Positions 9,896 through 20,135 of a stretch of DNA of 64,000 bases are shown piece after piece (position 1 is the stretch's first letter; every line of letters begins with the position of its first letter). Position numbers and translations under genes: made by a program. Below the pieces are notes generated by a model. That model did not search any database and was not told the DNA's origin. It saw nothing but the letters and a program-made list of their open reading frames with translations. The stretch is from an uncultured delta proteobacterium (GTDB lineage: Bacteria > Desulfobacterota > Desulfuromonadia > Desulfuromonadales > BM103): positions 1 through 64,000 of the forward strand of contig CAVQRZ010000029.1 of assembly GCA_963715335.1 (NCBI GenBank). Direction: 5' to 3'.

Positions 9896-9927
9896 AAAGG
9901 CCGCCTTCGATCGAGGGCGGCCTTTTT
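9896..9927 (+). terminator. Rho-independent terminator
   Basis: AAAGGCCGCCTTCG-AT-CGAGGGCGGCCTTTTT. Confidence 0.8.
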
Positions 9928-9935
9928 AACAGGTT

Positions 9936-9967
9936 ACAAGGGGACCGAAACTTTTCGGTCCCCTTGT
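9936..9967 (-). terminator. Hairpin, probable terminator of the small-peptide genes
   Basis: ACAAGGGGACCGAAA-CT-TTTCGGTCCCCTTGT perfect stem, 12 nt downstream of the stop at 9980. Confidence 0.6.
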
Positions 9968-9979
9968 TGTCTTTGAATT

Positions 9980-10126
9980 TTAGTTGAACAGCTTGGCGCC
10001 GAGGTAGGCCAGGGCCGGCCAGGCGATCAGCACCGCCGAGATGAAGGCGAACAGGCCGAGGACACCCATGACGGCGATCGTGTAACTGGCTTTGACGGAA
10101 CTGATGATGTTGGCTGCGCTTTGCAT
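9980..10126 (-). CDS. 48-aa membrane peptide (paralog 2), absent from the ORF track
   Basis: AGGAGA RBS; MQSAANIISSVKASYTIAVMGVLGLFAFISAVLIAWPALAYLGAKLFN. Confidence 0.85.
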   Translation of the reverse strand: MQSAANIISSVKASYTIAVMGVLGLFAFISAVLIAWPALAYLGAKLFN

Positions 10127-10183
10127 GATGTGTCTCCTATGGGTGTCTCGCGCTTCAGGCGGCGAGGTTAAAGTGAATAAGTC

Positions 10184-10330
10184 CTAGTTGAACAGTTTCG
10201 AGCCGATGTAGGCGAGTGCCGGCCAGGCGATCAGGACCGCCGAGATGAAGGCGAAGATGCCGAGGGCGGCAATGACGAGAACCAGGTAAGAACTTTTTAC
10301 GGTATCCATAAAGCGGCTTTGAGTTTTCAT
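10184..10330 (-). CDS. 48-aa membrane peptide (paralog 1), absent from the ORF track
   Basis: AGGAGG RBS; MKTQSRFMDTVKSSYLVLVIAALGIFAFISAVLIAWPALAYIGSKLFN. Confidence 0.85.
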   Translation of the reverse strand: MKTQSRFMDTVKSSYLVLVIAALGIFAFISAVLIAWPALAYIGSKLFN

Positions 10331-10374
10331 GATGTCCTCCTCTTTGTTAGTTCTTCTTGATTGATCTTGATTAG

Positions 10375-10404
10375 AGTTTTAACATTAGAGATCATTCATG
10401 TCAA
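10375..10404 (-). promoter_or_regulatory. Candidate sigma70 promoter for the peptide pair
   Basis: TTGACA, 17-nt spacer ending TGt, then TAAAAC(T) on the minus strand. Confidence 0.45.
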
Positions 10405-10602
10405 GCATAAAAGTTAAAATTTTTTCATATTTTTCCTAAAAAACGCTAACTGTGCTTTTTTGCTTGTTTTTTTTAACGCAGTTTGATAAAAAATCGCCCA
10501 ATTAATCTTTCTTAAACTAGCAGCCGTTTTTCAAATTTTGCAATTTTTCCATCCACTTGATTAAGAAACTGTCTTTTTTCCCACGACCAACAGGAGTGTT
10601 TC

Positions 10603-12063
10603 ATGGGCCAATTTGACATGGTCAAGGATTTTTTCCTTGGCATCAGCCGCAGCCGCGTTTCCCTGATCGGCGGGATGATCGTAACGATCACCACGCCCTT
10701 CCTGCTTGCGTACATGCTGGCCGACACCGTCTGGCACATCAAGAATCCCTATTTCGGTGCAGCCGTCTACCTCGCGCTCGGGCCGTTCTTCCTCGGCGGC
10801 CTGGCGATGATCTTTATCGGTGCCTTCTTCTTTCGCGGCGACCGCGATGTTCATCTGTTTACTCTCGAGTATCTGCGCAAATATTTCACTGAGCCGGAAC
10901 TGTTCGGCCGTCTGCGCAAGAACGTCTTTCTGATTGTGCTGCTCACTTCGGTCAACTTCGCCGTTTTCAGCATGTTCCTGTACCGGGCCTACCATTACAT
11001 GGAATCAACCCAGTTCTGCGGTCAGTTCTGTCACACGGTCATGAACCCAGAGCACACGGCGTACGAAAACTCTCCTCATTCACGCGTATCCTGTGTCGAG
11101 TGTCACATCGGTTCCGGCGCAGACTGGTTTGTCAAATCCAAGATCTCCGGTGCCAGACAGCTGCTTGCTGTCGCCGCGTCGACCTACCCGACCCCGATTG
11201 CCACACCGGTGCATGGATTACGCCCGGCTCGCGAGACCTGCGAGGAATGCCATCGCCCGGAACTCTTTCATGGCGACAAGCTGTCAGTGACTAAACGCTT
11301 TCTGCCAAACGAAGAGAACACCCCTGTTTATGATGTCATGTTGATGAAGATCGGCAGCGCCGGCGATCGCGTCCAGAGTTCCCACGGTATTCACTGGCAT
11401 ATCGCCCCGGAAAACAAGATCACCTATCGGGCAACAGATCACAGCCGTATGGTGATTCCGGAAGTCGTTCTCACCCAGGCCGACGGTACGCAAACCGTCT
11501 TTCGGACTGCAGATGCAGATGAATTGCTGGCAGGTGCAGCGCGCGAGGAGGATATGCGTGAAATGGACTGCATTGACTGTCACAACCGGCCGTCACATAT
11601 CTACCTGACACCGGACGACGCTCTGGACCGCAAGCTTGCCGAAGGAGACATTCCCCAGGGATTACCGTTTATCAAGCGCCAGGCAATGGAACTGATAACA
11701 GCAAATTATGCAACCGGGGATCTCGCCCGCGAAACCATTACCAGCAAGCTGACCAGCTGGTACACGGAGAATTACCCCGAACTGGTGACCAAAAGCCCGA
11801 AATTGCTTGAAGACGCTGTCAAAGGTGTGCTTGCGGCCTATAGTGACAACGTCTTTCCAGAGATGAAGGTCGAATGGGGCACCTATATCAACCATATTAC
11901 CCATGGCCCGGATTTCGACATCGGCTGCTTCCGCTGTCACGACGACATGCACGAAAGTCCGGATGGCAAGATTATCTCCGCAGATTGCAACACCTGCCAC
12001 ACCCTGCTGGCAACCGAGGAGGAGAATCCGGAGATTCTCAAACAGCTGCAAGGGCAGAATTGA
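10603..12063 (+). CDS. imcH: NapC/NirT-family inner-membrane multiheme cytochrome, ImcH-like
   Basis: 3 N-terminal TMs; ESTQFCGQFCH, SPHSRVSCVECH, LRPARETCEECH, GIHWH, MDCIDCHNRP, GCFRCHD, DCNTCH. Confidence 0.82.
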   Translation: MGQFDMVKDFFLGISRSRVSLIGGMIVTITTPFLLAYMLADTVWHIKNPYFGAAVYLALGPFFLGGLAMIFIGAFFFRGDRDVHLFTLEYLRKYFTEPELFGRLRKNVFLIVLLTSVNFAVFSMFLYRAYHYMESTQFCGQFCHTVMNPEHTAYENSPHSRVSCVECHIGSGADWFVKSKISGARQLLAVAASTYPTPIATPVHGLRPARETCEECHRPELFHGDKLSVTKRFLPNEENTPVYDVMLMKIGSAGDRVQSSHGIHWHIAPENKITYRATDHSRMVIPEVVLTQADGTQTVFRTADADELLAGAAREEDMREMDCIDCHNRPSHIYLTPDDALDRKLAEGDIPQGLPFIKRQAMELITANYATGDLARETITSKLTSWYTENYPELVTKSPKLLEDAVKGVLAAYSDNVFPEMKVEWGTYINHITHGPDFDIGCFRCHDDMHESPDGKIISADCNTCHTLLATEEENPEILKQLQGQN

Positions 12064-12086
12064 TAGTCGGACTGGTTTAGAACTTG

Positions 12087-12119
12087 AAGGCCGACCCTTA
12101 CCGGGTCGGCCTTTTGTTT
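12087..12119 (+). terminator. Rho-independent terminator
   Basis: AAGGCCGACCC-TTACC-GGGTCGGCCTTTTGTTT. Confidence 0.8.
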
Positions 12120-12181
12120 GATAATTACGGGGGCACCATACTTGATTGCACGGTGCCACCTTCTGTTTTAGACGCTCAGAT

Positions 12182-12630
12182 TCTAAAAACAAAAAGCAAA
12201 ACCGGCGGGTCGCGCCCGCCCGACCGCCATACTCTTTTCCGGCAACAAAAGTAAGCAAAAAGGGCCTTCTCCTTGCGGAGGGCATCTCCTCTGCCGGAGT
12301 GTCTGTGACTTCAACCGAACCTTCTGAACGATAGGAACCGGCGCTTCCTGTGTCAAAGGGCCTTGGAGCCTCTCCTGTCGTGGAGGTTTACATGGGAAAA
12401 GCCAAAACAACTTTTCCCTGAGCAAACCTCACACGGCAGGAGAGGCTCTCAAGGCCTCGGTTCCTGCGGGGGAAGCGCGGACTCTTCATCATCAGAACAG
12501 GTCTCATTGAGGTTGCAGACATCCGGCCAGACATGCCCACCGCAAGGCGAAGGCACTTTTCTGCTTACTCTTTTGGGCCAGCAAAAGAGTAAGGCGCAGT
12601 CGGGGGGCGCAACCCCCAGATTTTTCTTTT
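12182..12630. repeat. ~440-bp foldback (MITE/REPIN-like) intergenic element, copy 1
   Basis: Self-complementary halves; reverse-complement similarity to 37680-38112 along its length. Confidence 0.85.
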
Positions 12631-12716
12631 AAATTTGGTATTGCTTTTCAAGATTTTATCGTCCCAATAAACAAAGGAGGCGTAACTTAAAAAGTTGCGC
12701 CTCCTACAGTTCAATA

Positions 12717-14555
12717 TCAGATAACCCCATGTAAAGGCCCACCTGGAGCACCGAGCGCATCCACCCGCGCTTCGATGGCAGGATCGTCATCCAGCGGAGG
12801 CGCGTGATAACCCTTGGTGCGCGCATCGATAACCAGGCTGCCATGGCACCCCCAATGCTTAACGTGGGAGAAGGATTCGATCCCTTCGATATCCGCGGCC
12901 GGTGCGGACCGGGTAAAGGCAACCCAGAGCAGGTTGTTCAGATTGCGGGCGGCAAACTCGGCGTCATCGACGATAACGATCAGGGGAAAGGCATTGATTT
13001 CATCATTTCGGGTATAGGAACGACAGAAGGCGACCAGGTCCGCCGCGGGCAGTCCACGTTCTCCCTGCCAGGGCTCTCCCTGGATCACCAGGACGCCGGG
13101 CAGGGCGATGCCAGGGCGCGAGAATCCGGACGGCAGACGCAATTCACCGCGCAGTTCGTTTGGCAGGTCACGGCGCACCGGACCTGTTGCAGCAAGCACG
13201 ACCTTGGATCCGGCATTCAGAGCTTCACCGGAATAATCGAGGGTATCGATCGTGGTGCGAGTCTGGAAATGCAGGTCCCGTCGCCAGTCAATCCGGCAGA
13301 GAAGGGCTTGCAGGAATGCGCCGATGTCGTGGATGTCCAGTCCCGGACAATCGGCTTGATTGACGATCAGCAGGTACTTGGCCAGCGACAACTGGCCCTG
13401 ACCGAGCAACGCGTTGGCCTGGGTGAGCAGTTCCTGCGGGCCGTCACTTTCGGCATAGGGAGTATAGCGCTCGCTGCCGATCGCCAGCAGCAGCGGATGA
13501 ACCCCCGCGACATCAACCGCATGCACTGCCCGAACCCCTGCGACCAGGTCCGGGATGGCGGCGCCGGTCATTTCGTGAATCAGGGCGCCGAAAGTGGTGT
13601 CCTCCTGGGGCGGCCGGCCCACGGTAGTGAACGGCCAGATCGCATCAGGTCGATGAAAGACGTGGGTTACCTGCATCACCGGAAAATCGTGGGCCAGGCT
13701 GTAATAACCAAGATGGTCGCCGAAGGGGCCCTCCGGCCGGGTCTGGTCAAGGAGGATCTGTCCGCAGAGGCAAAAGTCTGCCTGCGCCGGAGCAAGCAGG
13801 CCGTTCGGGGTTCTGACCACCTGCAGGCGATGGCCACCGAGCAATCCGGCAAACGCCAATTCCGGCATCCCCTCAGGCAACGGCATGACCGCTGCGAGGC
13901 TCAAGCTCGGCGGGCCGCCGACAAAGACATTGACCGGCAGTGGCTGGCCTTTTGCCAGCGCTTCGGCATGATGGACGCCGATGCCGCGATGGATCTGGTA
14001 ATGCAGGCCCGCTTCGTCGTCGGCATATGCACCGCCGGAGATCTGCACGCGGTACATGCCGAGATTTGACTTTTGCCATCCTCCCTTGCCGGGGGCTTCG
14101 GTATACACCTGCGGCAAGGTGATAAATGCGCCGCCATCCTTCGGCCAGGACACCAGCTGTGGCAATTCTGACAGGCTTGTGCTCAGCTCAAGGGCCGGTC
14201 CCCTGCTGACCGATTTCGGCAGCAGGTTCAAGGCGTGGCGGCCCAGGCCGAGGGCCGCCGGAATGTTACGCAGCGCAGCACCCGGGTCGACCTTCAGCTC
14301 AACCATGCGCTCTATTGCCGGAAGAGTGTCACGGAACAGGTAACGGGCACGCTCCAGGGTTCCGAACAGGTTGCCCAACATCGGAAAGCCGCAGCCTTTG
14401 ACGCGCGGGAACAGCAGGGCCGGTCCCCCGGCAGCATAGACCCGTCGCTGGATAGCGCCAATTTCCAGATGAGGATCGACCTCAGCGTCGATGCGCTTCA
14501 GCTGACCGGTTTGCTCAAGGGCGGAAACCGTTTCTTGCAAATTGCGATAACCCAT
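12717..14555 (-). CDS. ubiD: UbiD family (prFMN-dependent) decarboxylase
   Basis: NLGMYRVQ, PEGPFGDHLGYYS, GRPPQED, DTLDYSG. Confidence 0.9.
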   Translation of the reverse strand: MGYRNLQETVSALEQTGQLKRIDAEVDPHLEIGAIQRRVYAAGGPALLFPRVKGCGFPMLGNLFGTLERARYLFRDTLPAIERMVELKVDPGAALRNIPAALGLGRHALNLLPKSVSRGPALELSTSLSELPQLVSWPKDGGAFITLPQVYTEAPGKGGWQKSNLGMYRVQISGGAYADDEAGLHYQIHRGIGVHHAEALAKGQPLPVNVFVGGPPSLSLAAVMPLPEGMPELAFAGLLGGHRLQVVRTPNGLLAPAQADFCLCGQILLDQTRPEGPFGDHLGYYSLAHDFPVMQVTHVFHRPDAIWPFTTVGRPPQEDTTFGALIHEMTGAAIPDLVAGVRAVHAVDVAGVHPLLLAIGSERYTPYAESDGPQELLTQANALLGQGQLSLAKYLLIVNQADCPGLDIHDIGAFLQALLCRIDWRRDLHFQTRTTIDTLDYSGEALNAGSKVVLAATGPVRRDLPNELRGELRLPSGFSRPGIALPGVLVIQGEPWQGERGLPAADLVAFCRSYTRNDEINAFPLIVIVDDAEFAARNLNNLLWVAFTRSAPAADIEGIESFSHVKHWGCHGSLVIDARTKGYHAPPLDDDPAIEARVDALGAPGGPLHGVI

Positions 14556-14696
14556 GGTCACCTGTCAATCATATGCCTGATCAAGATGAAAGCAAAACGA
14601 CCCGATCATTGTAACGGCAGTCTCCAAGGAAAACAAAAGCTTTCTTTGGCTGATAGCAACTGGCAAAAACCGGCATAATCCCATATACTGATACGC

Positions 14697-15053
14697 GTGA
14701 AGAATGAATGGCAGACACAGATCAACTTACCCACCGAAACGGGTCTGCAGCGACTGGCGACGATCGTTTACGCCCTGCAGGCAGCCAGCCTGTTTACCGG
14801 CAGCCTGACCCTGTTTGCCGGGGTCATCATCAACTATGTCCGCATGGAAGATGTCCAGGGGAGCTGGATTGAAAGTCACTTCCGCTGGCAGACCAGGACC
14901 TTCTGGTACACGCTCCTGTGGCTGGTGATCGGCGGCGTGACAACTCTCCTGCTGATCGGCTGGGCGATCCTTCTGGCCGTCTCAATCTGGCTGATCTATC
15001 GGATCGTCAAAGGTTGGGTTTATCTGAGCGAGCACCGGGCCATGCCGCACTGA
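14697..15053 (+). CDS. DUF4870-like small membrane protein
   Basis: GVIINYV..ESHFRWQTRTFW..IYRIVKGW. Confidence 0.85.
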   Translation: MKNEWQTQINLPTETGLQRLATIVYALQAASLFTGSLTLFAGVIINYVRMEDVQGSWIESHFRWQTRTFWYTLLWLVIGGVTTLLLIGWAILLAVSIWLIYRIVKGWVYLSEHRAMPH

Positions 15054-15103
15054 AATCTCGACTTCCCCTGCAACCGACGACGTCCTGCCCCCAAAACATT
15101 TGA

Positions 15104-17101
15104 TCAGCTCCGCAGCGCAAGCTCCTGCTTTTCAAGCAGTTGAACCCGATCGCGCAGCTCAGCGGCCTTTTCAAATTCGAGGTCGGCAGCCGCCTTCAGC
15201 ATCTTGACGCGCAATCGCGCGATCTCCGCGCTCAGGTCCTCACAGGAATCGTATGCGGCCAAAGCTTCGGCAGCCAGACTCTCCTGGGGAGATCGTCCCT
15301 GGCCGAGATCGTCAAGGATCGAACGCAGCGATTTATGCACCGATTCCGGAGTGATGCCGTGGCGCTCATTGTAGCTCAGCTGGGCGACCCGGCGTCGGTC
15401 AGTCTCATCGATGCAGTTCTGCATGGAGCCGGTGACCCGATCTGCATACATGATCACCCTGCCTTCAAGATTACGGGCGGCGCGGCCGCAGGTCTGGATC
15501 AGCGAACGGGTGCTGCGCAGGAAACCTTCCTTGTCGGCATCGAGGATTGCAACCAGGGCGACTTCCGGGATATCAAGTCCTTCGCGCAGCAGGTTGATCC
15601 CGACCAGGACATCGAATTCCCCCTGGCGCAGGGCGCGGATGATGCGGATGCGTTCGACCGTGTCGATATCAGAGTGCAGGTAGCGCACCCGGATGCCGAG
15701 TTCATCGAGGTAGCCGGTCAAATCCTCAGCCATGCGCTTGGTCAGCGTGGTGACCAGAACACGCCCCTGCTTTGCCGAGACCCTGCGGATTTCATCGATT
15801 AAGTCATCAACCTGGTTGCCCGCCGGACGGACGTCCAGCGGCGGATCGACCAGGCCGGTCGGTCGGACGATCTGTTCAACGACCACGCCGGCGGCCTGGG
15901 TCAGCTCGTAATCGCCCGGGGTCGCGGAGACGTAGACCGTCTGCAGGTTCTTGGCGGTGAATTCATCGAAGGTCAGCGGCCGGTTATCCAGGGCAGAGGG
16001 GAGACGGAAACCGTATTCGACGAGGGTCTCCTTGCGGCTGCGATCACCACGATACATCCCCCCCAGCTGGGGGACGGTGACATGGCTCTCGTCGATGAAG
16101 ACCAGCGCGTCTTCCGGGAAATAGTCGAAAAGCGTTGCCGGGGATGAATCTGGTTCGCGGCCGTCCAGGTGACGGGAATAATTTTCAATCCCCTGACAGA
16201 AGCCCATCTCCTCCATCATCTCGATATCAAACAGGGTGCGCTGCTCGATGCGTTGCGCCTCCACCAGCTTGTTCCCGGCGCGCAGGAACTGGATGCGTTG
16301 CCGGAGCTCGTCCTGGATGTCGCGAATCGCTCGGTCCAGGGTCGGCTTGGTGGCCACATAATGGCTCGCCGGGAAAATCGCGGTCGACGGCAGTCGATCG
16401 ATCACCTTGCCGCGCAGCGGATCGATTTCACTGATCGTCTCGACTTCATCGCCAAAGAATTCGATCCGCAGCGCGCGCTCCTCCTCATAGGCAGGAAAGA
16501 TCTCCACCGTGTCGCCACGCACCCGGAAACTGCCGCGATGGAAATCGACGTCGTTGCGGCTGTACTGGATGTCGACCAGTCGCCGGAGCAGCTGGTTGCG
16601 CTCGAGTTCCATCCCCTGCTCCAGGCGAATCAGCAGGCCGTGGTAGGCTTCCGGAGAGCCGAGCCCGTAAATGCAGGAAACCGACGCAACGATCAGCACG
16701 TCGCGGCGGGTCAGGAGACTGCGGGTGGCGCTGTGGCGCAGCTTGTCAATCTGCTCATTGATTGAGGAGTCTTTTTCGATGAAGGTGTCCGTAGTCGGGA
16801 CGTAGGCTTCGGGCTGGTAGTAGTCGTAGTAGGAGACAAAATATTCAACCGCGTTGGCAGGGAAAAGCTCCTTGAATTCTCCGTAGAGCTGCGCGGCCAG
16901 AGTCTTGTTCGGTGCCAGCACCAGGGTCGGCCGCTGGACCCGGCTGACCACGTTGGCCATGGTAAAAGTTTTCCCTGAGCCGGTCACGCCAAGCAGGACC
17001 TGGTGCCGGTCGCCTCGCCGGAGGCCCTGCTCCAGTTCATGAATGGCCTGGGGTTGGTCGCCTTGCGGTCGGTACTCTGATTTCAGTTCAAATTTAGCCA
17101 T
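15104..17101 (-). CDS. uvrB: Excinuclease ABC subunit B
   Basis: [34 protein letters not shown]-terminal UVR domain. Confidence 0.98.
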   Translation of the reverse strand: MAKFELKSEYRPQGDQPQAIHELEQGLRRGDRHQVLLGVTGSGKTFTMANVVSRVQRPTLVLAPNKTLAAQLYGEFKELFPANAVEYFVSYYDYYQPEAYVPTTDTFIEKDSSINEQIDKLRHSATRSLLTRRDVLIVASVSCIYGLGSPEAYHGLLIRLEQGMELERNQLLRRLVDIQYSRNDVDFHRGSFRVRGDTVEIFPAYEEERALRIEFFGDEVETISEIDPLRGKVIDRLPSTAIFPASHYVATKPTLDRAIRDIQDELRQRIQFLRAGNKLVEAQRIEQRTLFDIEMMEEMGFCQGIENYSRHLDGREPDSSPATLFDYFPEDALVFIDESHVTVPQLGGMYRGDRSRKETLVEYGFRLPSALDNRPLTFDEFTAKNLQTVYVSATPGDYELTQAAGVVVEQIVRPTGLVDPPLDVRPAGNQVDDLIDEIRRVSAKQGRVLVTTLTKRMAEDLTGYLDELGIRVRYLHSDIDTVERIRIIRALRQGEFDVLVGINLLREGLDIPEVALVAILDADKEGFLRSTRSLIQTCGRAARNLEGRVIMYADRVTGSMQNCIDETDRRRVAQLSYNERHGITPESVHKSLRSILDDLGQGRSPQESLAAEALAAYDSCEDLSAEIARLRVKMLKAAADLEFEKAAELRDRVQLLEKQELALRS

Positions 17102-17177
17102 AGTCCTGGCAATACAAGCTCTGCATGCGAAGGGCGAGCTATATTGGGGGCCTCAGAGATGCTTGGGACTTCTGAGT

Positions 17178-18455
17178 TTACTGGTCGGATTTTGGCAAAA
17201 AGGCCTCTATGTTGTTGCTGACCCAAACCGGATCAAACCATTCAATAGGATTCACCGGGACACCGTTGACCCTTACCTCAAAGTGCAGATGGTCACCAAA
17301 AGCCAGGCCCGTTTCTCCGGAGACAGCAATCACATCACCTTTTTTTACATTGTCCCCTTCCCGGACCTCGGCCTGGTTAAGATGGCCATAAAGGGTGTGT
17401 ACGCCGTAGCCATGATCGATGATCACAACATTGCCATAAATGCCTATTTCCCCGACAAAGATTACCCTGCCATGATTGGCTGAGAAAATTTGCGTGTTGT
17501 TGACACCGGCAATATCGAGGCCGGTGTGAACCTGTTTGCTGACAACCTCTGCACGGTGTTTGTACGTGCGTTGATCTGCGAAACCGGCCTTGGGTGCGCC
17601 CTGGTTGCGCAAGAACACGCCTTCCCAAAGTTTTTCAGGTTCTGTGTTTTGGCATAGCTGAACAATTTGCTGATAGTTCTCCTGCCGGGTTTTGTTGTTG
17701 ATTTCGAGAAAGGCCTCCAGTGGGTTCTTGGTTGATGTCGCCATCATTTTATCTTTGACAGTTTCCAGGAAATCGTCCGTCAGCTCAATTTCCTCGGCAT
17801 GATAGGCCCGCGCAGCGGTTCTCGATCCGGGTCTGATCTTCCTCGTATTGCCGGCTTCGTCAACGGCGAAAACTCTCGGCTTGAACTCATCCGCTTCAAT
17901 GTAGTAAGGGTGCGCGTAAAAACTCAGATACCGGTTTTCGCCCAGTTCAAAGGACCTAAACTTCAAAGCGTCCAGAAGGACCCCGGTTTCAGCTGGCACT
18001 TCACTCACTTCGTAAAGAACGACACCTGCCCCGCCACGCTTCATGTAGAGAGTCCCACTCAGAATCGCCAGATTTGGCGCTTGCCTGTCGTAGGTCAATT
18101 CAATGGAACCACTCGCCTTATTTGCAATGATGGAGGTGTCGACCACGCTGACCGTGGCCTTGATCTTTAATGGCTCTGCATTGACAGCGCATTGTGCGGG
18201 GTCAAGCAGCAGGTCAAAGGATTGCAAGCCAAGGTCTTTTGAGCAACTTTCTTCACCGGAGCAGGATCCGCCGGACAGAGAGAAGCAGACATCTTTCAAG
18301 CCCTTGTCGTCAACGATGTTGATTTTTAAAGCGTCGTTTATCTTTGCATTTTGTTCCACACCCCACGTGATCACGGGATCTTCAGTATCGATGTAAAGAT
18401 AAGCAGCGCCAAAAGAGCAGACAATAAGGACAAACAGCAGTGTAATTCTTTTCAA
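17178..18455 (-). CDS. M23 family metallopeptidase
   Basis: HTGLD, YGHL, HLHF zinc motifs; N-terminal anchor. Confidence 0.92.
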   Translation of the reverse strand: MKRITLLFVLIVCSFGAAYLYIDTEDPVITWGVEQNAKINDALKINIVDDKGLKDVCFSLSGGSCSGEESCSKDLGLQSFDLLLDPAQCAVNAEPLKIKATVSVVDTSIIANKASGSIELTYDRQAPNLAILSGTLYMKRGGAGVVLYEVSEVPAETGVLLDALKFRSFELGENRYLSFYAHPYYIEADEFKPRVFAVDEAGNTRKIRPGSRTAARAYHAEEIELTDDFLETVKDKMMATSTKNPLEAFLEINNKTRQENYQQIVQLCQNTEPEKLWEGVFLRNQGAPKAGFADQRTYKHRAEVVSKQVHTGLDIAGVNNTQIFSANHGRVIFVGEIGIYGNVVIIDHGYGVHTLYGHLNQAEVREGDNVKKGDVIAVSGETGLAFGDHLHFEVRVNGVPVNPIEWFDPVWVSNNIEAFLPKSDQ

Positions 18456-18620
18456 GGTTTTCTCCTGTTCTTGTTTCTCGATAGACCCCGGACGACGGGC
18501 AGTATACTCGTATTCCTGAATTTTTGGACACCAAACACGAAAGTTGTCAGCTTCTCACGCTATGGCAGAAAATGCCTGAGAGTTTTCAACAGCAAAAGCC
18601 AAACAGCCTTGTTCTACCCG

Positions 18621-20066
18621 TTACTTAATCTTCCATGTCGTTCCTGCCGGTGAATCAAGCAGCTCAACACCCTTTTGCGCCAGCTCGTCTCGAAGCTGGT
18701 CGGCCCGGGCGAAGTCTTTGCTGCTTCGCGCCTCCAGTCGGTCCTTGATTGCTGCTTCAACATCGGCCTCAACCATGCCAAGTTCCTGCAAACCCCTGAG
18801 GTTCTGCTCTCTCAGCCAGCCGGCCGGGTCGGAACCGAACAGGCCGAGGACATCACCCAACTCCGAAATTTTTTCTCTGAGGGCCCTGACTGATGCGACC
18901 TTGTCCGCCTTTTTACGGAATTTTTTCTCGGCGATCAGGCGGTTGATCGCCCGTGCCCCTTCGAAAAGATGGCCAATCGCCTGGGCCGTATTGAAGTCAT
19001 CATCCATCGCTGAGCGGAATTGTTCATCGAGCTTTGCCGCTTCTTCCGCCTCCCCGGCACCTTCCGGACAACCCTGCACGGCATCGGCCGCCGCCTGCAG
19101 CGCTTCGTAGAAACGGCTCAGGCCGGACCGGGCTTCCTTGAGGTTCTGGTCGGAAAAGTCGATCGGCGACCGGTAATGCGCAGTCAGGATGAAGAACCGG
19201 ACCACCTCCGGATCATAAGTCTTCAGGATATCCCGAATGGTAAAGAAGTTCCCCAGGGATTTGCTCATCTTCTCCTGGTTGATATTGACAAAGCCGTTGT
19301 GCAGCCAGTACTTGACAAATGGTTTGCCCGAGACGCCCTCGGACTGGGCGATCTCGTTTTCGTGGTGCGGGAAGATCAGGTCGCGACCGCCGCCGTGGAT
19401 ATCGAAGGTGTCACCGAGCAGGGTCGAACTCATCGCCGAGCACTCGATGTGCCAGCCGGGACGGCCGGGCCCCCAGGGCGACTCCCAGCTTGGCTCGCCG
19501 GGCTTGGCGGCCTTCCAGAGGGCAAAGTCCATCGGGTTGCGTTTCTGCTCCCCCGGGGCGATGCGTGCGCCGGCCTGCATCTCTTCCATGTTGCGCTTGG
19601 AAAGCTTCAGATAGGTTGGAAAGGCTGCGACGCTGTAGTAGACATCCCCCGCCACTTCGTAGGCCATCCCCTTGGCGATCAGCTGTTCGGCAAGGGTAAT
19701 GATCTGCTCGATATGTTCGGTGGCCTTCGGCTCGTGAGTCGGCTTGCGCAAGCCGAGGGCAGCCATATCCTCATCAAAGGCTGCGATGAATTCTTCCGCG
19801 AGCTGCTGGCTGCTGATCCCTCGCTCATTGGCCCGGTTGATGATCTTGTCATCAACATCGGTGTAGTTACGAACATAAGTGACGTCGTACTTACTGTACT
19901 GCAGGTAACGATAGACGATATCGAAAACGATATTGGCCCGGGCGTGGCCGATATGACAATAGTCGTAAACGGTCACACCGCACACGTACATCCCGACCTT
20001 GCCCGGGACGATCGGCTGGAAATCTTCTTTCTTACCTGACAATGTATTGTAAACTCGTAATGACAT
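18621..20066 (-). CDS. cysS: Cysteine--tRNA ligase
   Basis: [29 protein letters not shown]. Confidence 0.98.
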   Translation of the reverse strand: MSLRVYNTLSGKKEDFQPIVPGKVGMYVCGVTVYDYCHIGHARANIVFDIVYRYLQYSKYDVTYVRNYTDVDDKIINRANERGISSQQLAEEFIAAFDEDMAALGLRKPTHEPKATEHIEQIITLAEQLIAKGMAYEVAGDVYYSVAAFPTYLKLSKRNMEEMQAGARIAPGEQKRNPMDFALWKAAKPGEPSWESPWGPGRPGWHIECSAMSSTLLGDTFDIHGGGRDLIFPHHENEIAQSEGVSGKPFVKYWLHNGFVNINQEKMSKSLGNFFTIRDILKTYDPEVVRFFILTAHYRSPIDFSDQNLKEARSGLSRFYEALQAAADAVQGCPEGAGEAEEAAKLDEQFRSAMDDDFNTAQAIGHLFEGARAINRLIAEKKFRKKADKVASVRALREKISELGDVLGLFGSDPAGWLREQNLRGLQELGMVEADVEAAIKDRLEARSSKDFARADQLRDELAQKGVELLDSPAGTTWKIK

Positions 20067-20135
20067 CTTCTTTTCTCCGAGCTTCTGGTCGTTCCTGTCG
20101 ATTTGCAATACCTGACGGCTCCGTCGCCGCAACCA

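Noticed and set aside
9980..10330. Direct repeat with 204-nt offset as a CRISPR or non-coding repeat
   Set aside because: Only two units, with differences concentrated at codon third positions; explained as paralogous small genes.
12146..12632. Short ORFs over the foldback element, also at 37653-38241
   Set aside because: Frames are not conserved between copies and there are no transposase motifs; spurious.
20067..20132. N-terminal extension of CysS (likewise the track extensions of IspF, LexA and the helicase)
   Set aside because: Downstream ATGs match the family N-termini, mostly with a visible RBS.
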